NCBI RefSeq assembly: GCF_000143415.4
Contig: NW_003314283.1
Span: 1,230,330-1,294,329 of the forward strand
Length of the DNA stretch: 64,000 nt
Direction: 5' to 3'
DNA from: Selaginella moellendorffii
Taxonomy: Eukaryota; Plantae; Lycopodiophyta
Part shown: positions 63,474 through 64,000 of the stretch, in pieces
Numbering within the stretch: the stretch's first letter is position 1
How the letters are laid out: the number at the start of each line of letters is the position of its first letter
Notes under the pieces: model-generated
Told to the model about the DNA's origin: nothing
The model's database searches: none
The model's input: the letters and a program-made list of their open reading frames with translations, nothing else
Translations under genes and position numbers: made by a program

Positions 63474-63544
63474 TGCACTGCCCGGGAATCGAACCCGGGT
63501 CTGTACCGTGGCAGGGTACTATTCTACCACTAGACCAGCAGTGC
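63474..63544 (-). tRNA. trnG-GCC: tRNA-Gly(GCC)
   Basis: 71 nt GCACTGCTGGTCTAGTGGTAGAATAGTACCCTGCCACGGTACAGACCCGGGTTCGATTCCCGGGCAGTGCA. Confidence 0.96.
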
Positions 63545-63699
63545 TTAATTGATATTAACACTAAATTGTTTCCGAGCCTTGAGGGATATTATTTCCATCA
63601 TTGGTCGAGCCAAAGGCAAGGGGGCGGAGCACGCTCGGAAGCAGTCCTCCAGGTCAGTGAGATCGCTTGCGCATCGCATCGAGCTCATTCCCCATCGCA

Positions 63700-64000
63700 A
63701 TGAGCGAGCGCATTGTGAGATCTTTGATGCAGGCCGTGGTGACCGTTGACCTTGGCAAGCTCGTCGAGACGCTGCTGGATCTCGCTTACAGCGCCCAGCA
63801 TTGCAGGGAGAAATCCAAGACGCTGGCACTCAAGGTGGAGCTCCTCAGCGAGTCCATTGCGGAGCTCATCGAGAAGAGGGAGCACTTTACTCGAGAAAAC
63901 TTTGGAACACATGTTAGAAGGCTCGAGGTAAGATCTTGTTGTTCTTCCAAGATCTAAATGTTTTCTCTTCCCAGGTGGTGTTTAACGATGCTATCTATCT
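63700..64000 (+). CDS. 5' part of a gene with an MLKL-NTD/MCAfunc/RPW8-like four-helix bundle (runs off the window)
   Basis: LGKLVETLLDLAYSAQHCREKSKTLALKVELLSESIAEL..HVRRLE|VVFNDA; intron 63928-63974. Confidence 0.6.

Overview
Compact, intron-rich plant nuclear DNA with ~50-nt introns and tiny intergenic gaps. The style and gene content suggest a lycophyte, most likely Selaginella (inference, not database-checked). Two gene-dense blocks (6-21 kb, 37.6-60 kb) alternate with AT-rich decayed-transposon blocks (0-5.5 kb, 21.3-26 kb, 29.8-37.2 kb). Recognised genes: eRF1, allantoinase, a type-B response regulator, a BAHD acyltransferase plus pseudogene, two tandem 2-3TM proteins, an LRR receptor-like protein plus inverted pseudogene, a MiAMP1-type antimicrobial peptide, a PLS-class PPR, WASHC4, an NRPS-like AASDH/AAE19, histone H3, AGPase large subunit, SPX-MFS, a secreted aegerolysin, MLKL-like and fungal-type kinase remnants, and four tRNAs. 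Top leads: (1) an eRF1 3'UTR with readthrough/NMD autoregulatory geometry; (2) a tRNA-Arg(CCU) copy carrying the G3:U70 alanine identity pair; (3) a Cassandra-like solo LTR carrying a 5S promoter; (4) a signal-peptide aegerolysin beside a 4HB-kinase cell-death-like locus; (5) a hairpin derived from, and antisense to, the antimicrobial peptide gene; (6) a 63-aa two-exon gene missed by the ORF track, with a tRNA just past its stop. Exon boundaries were read by eye.
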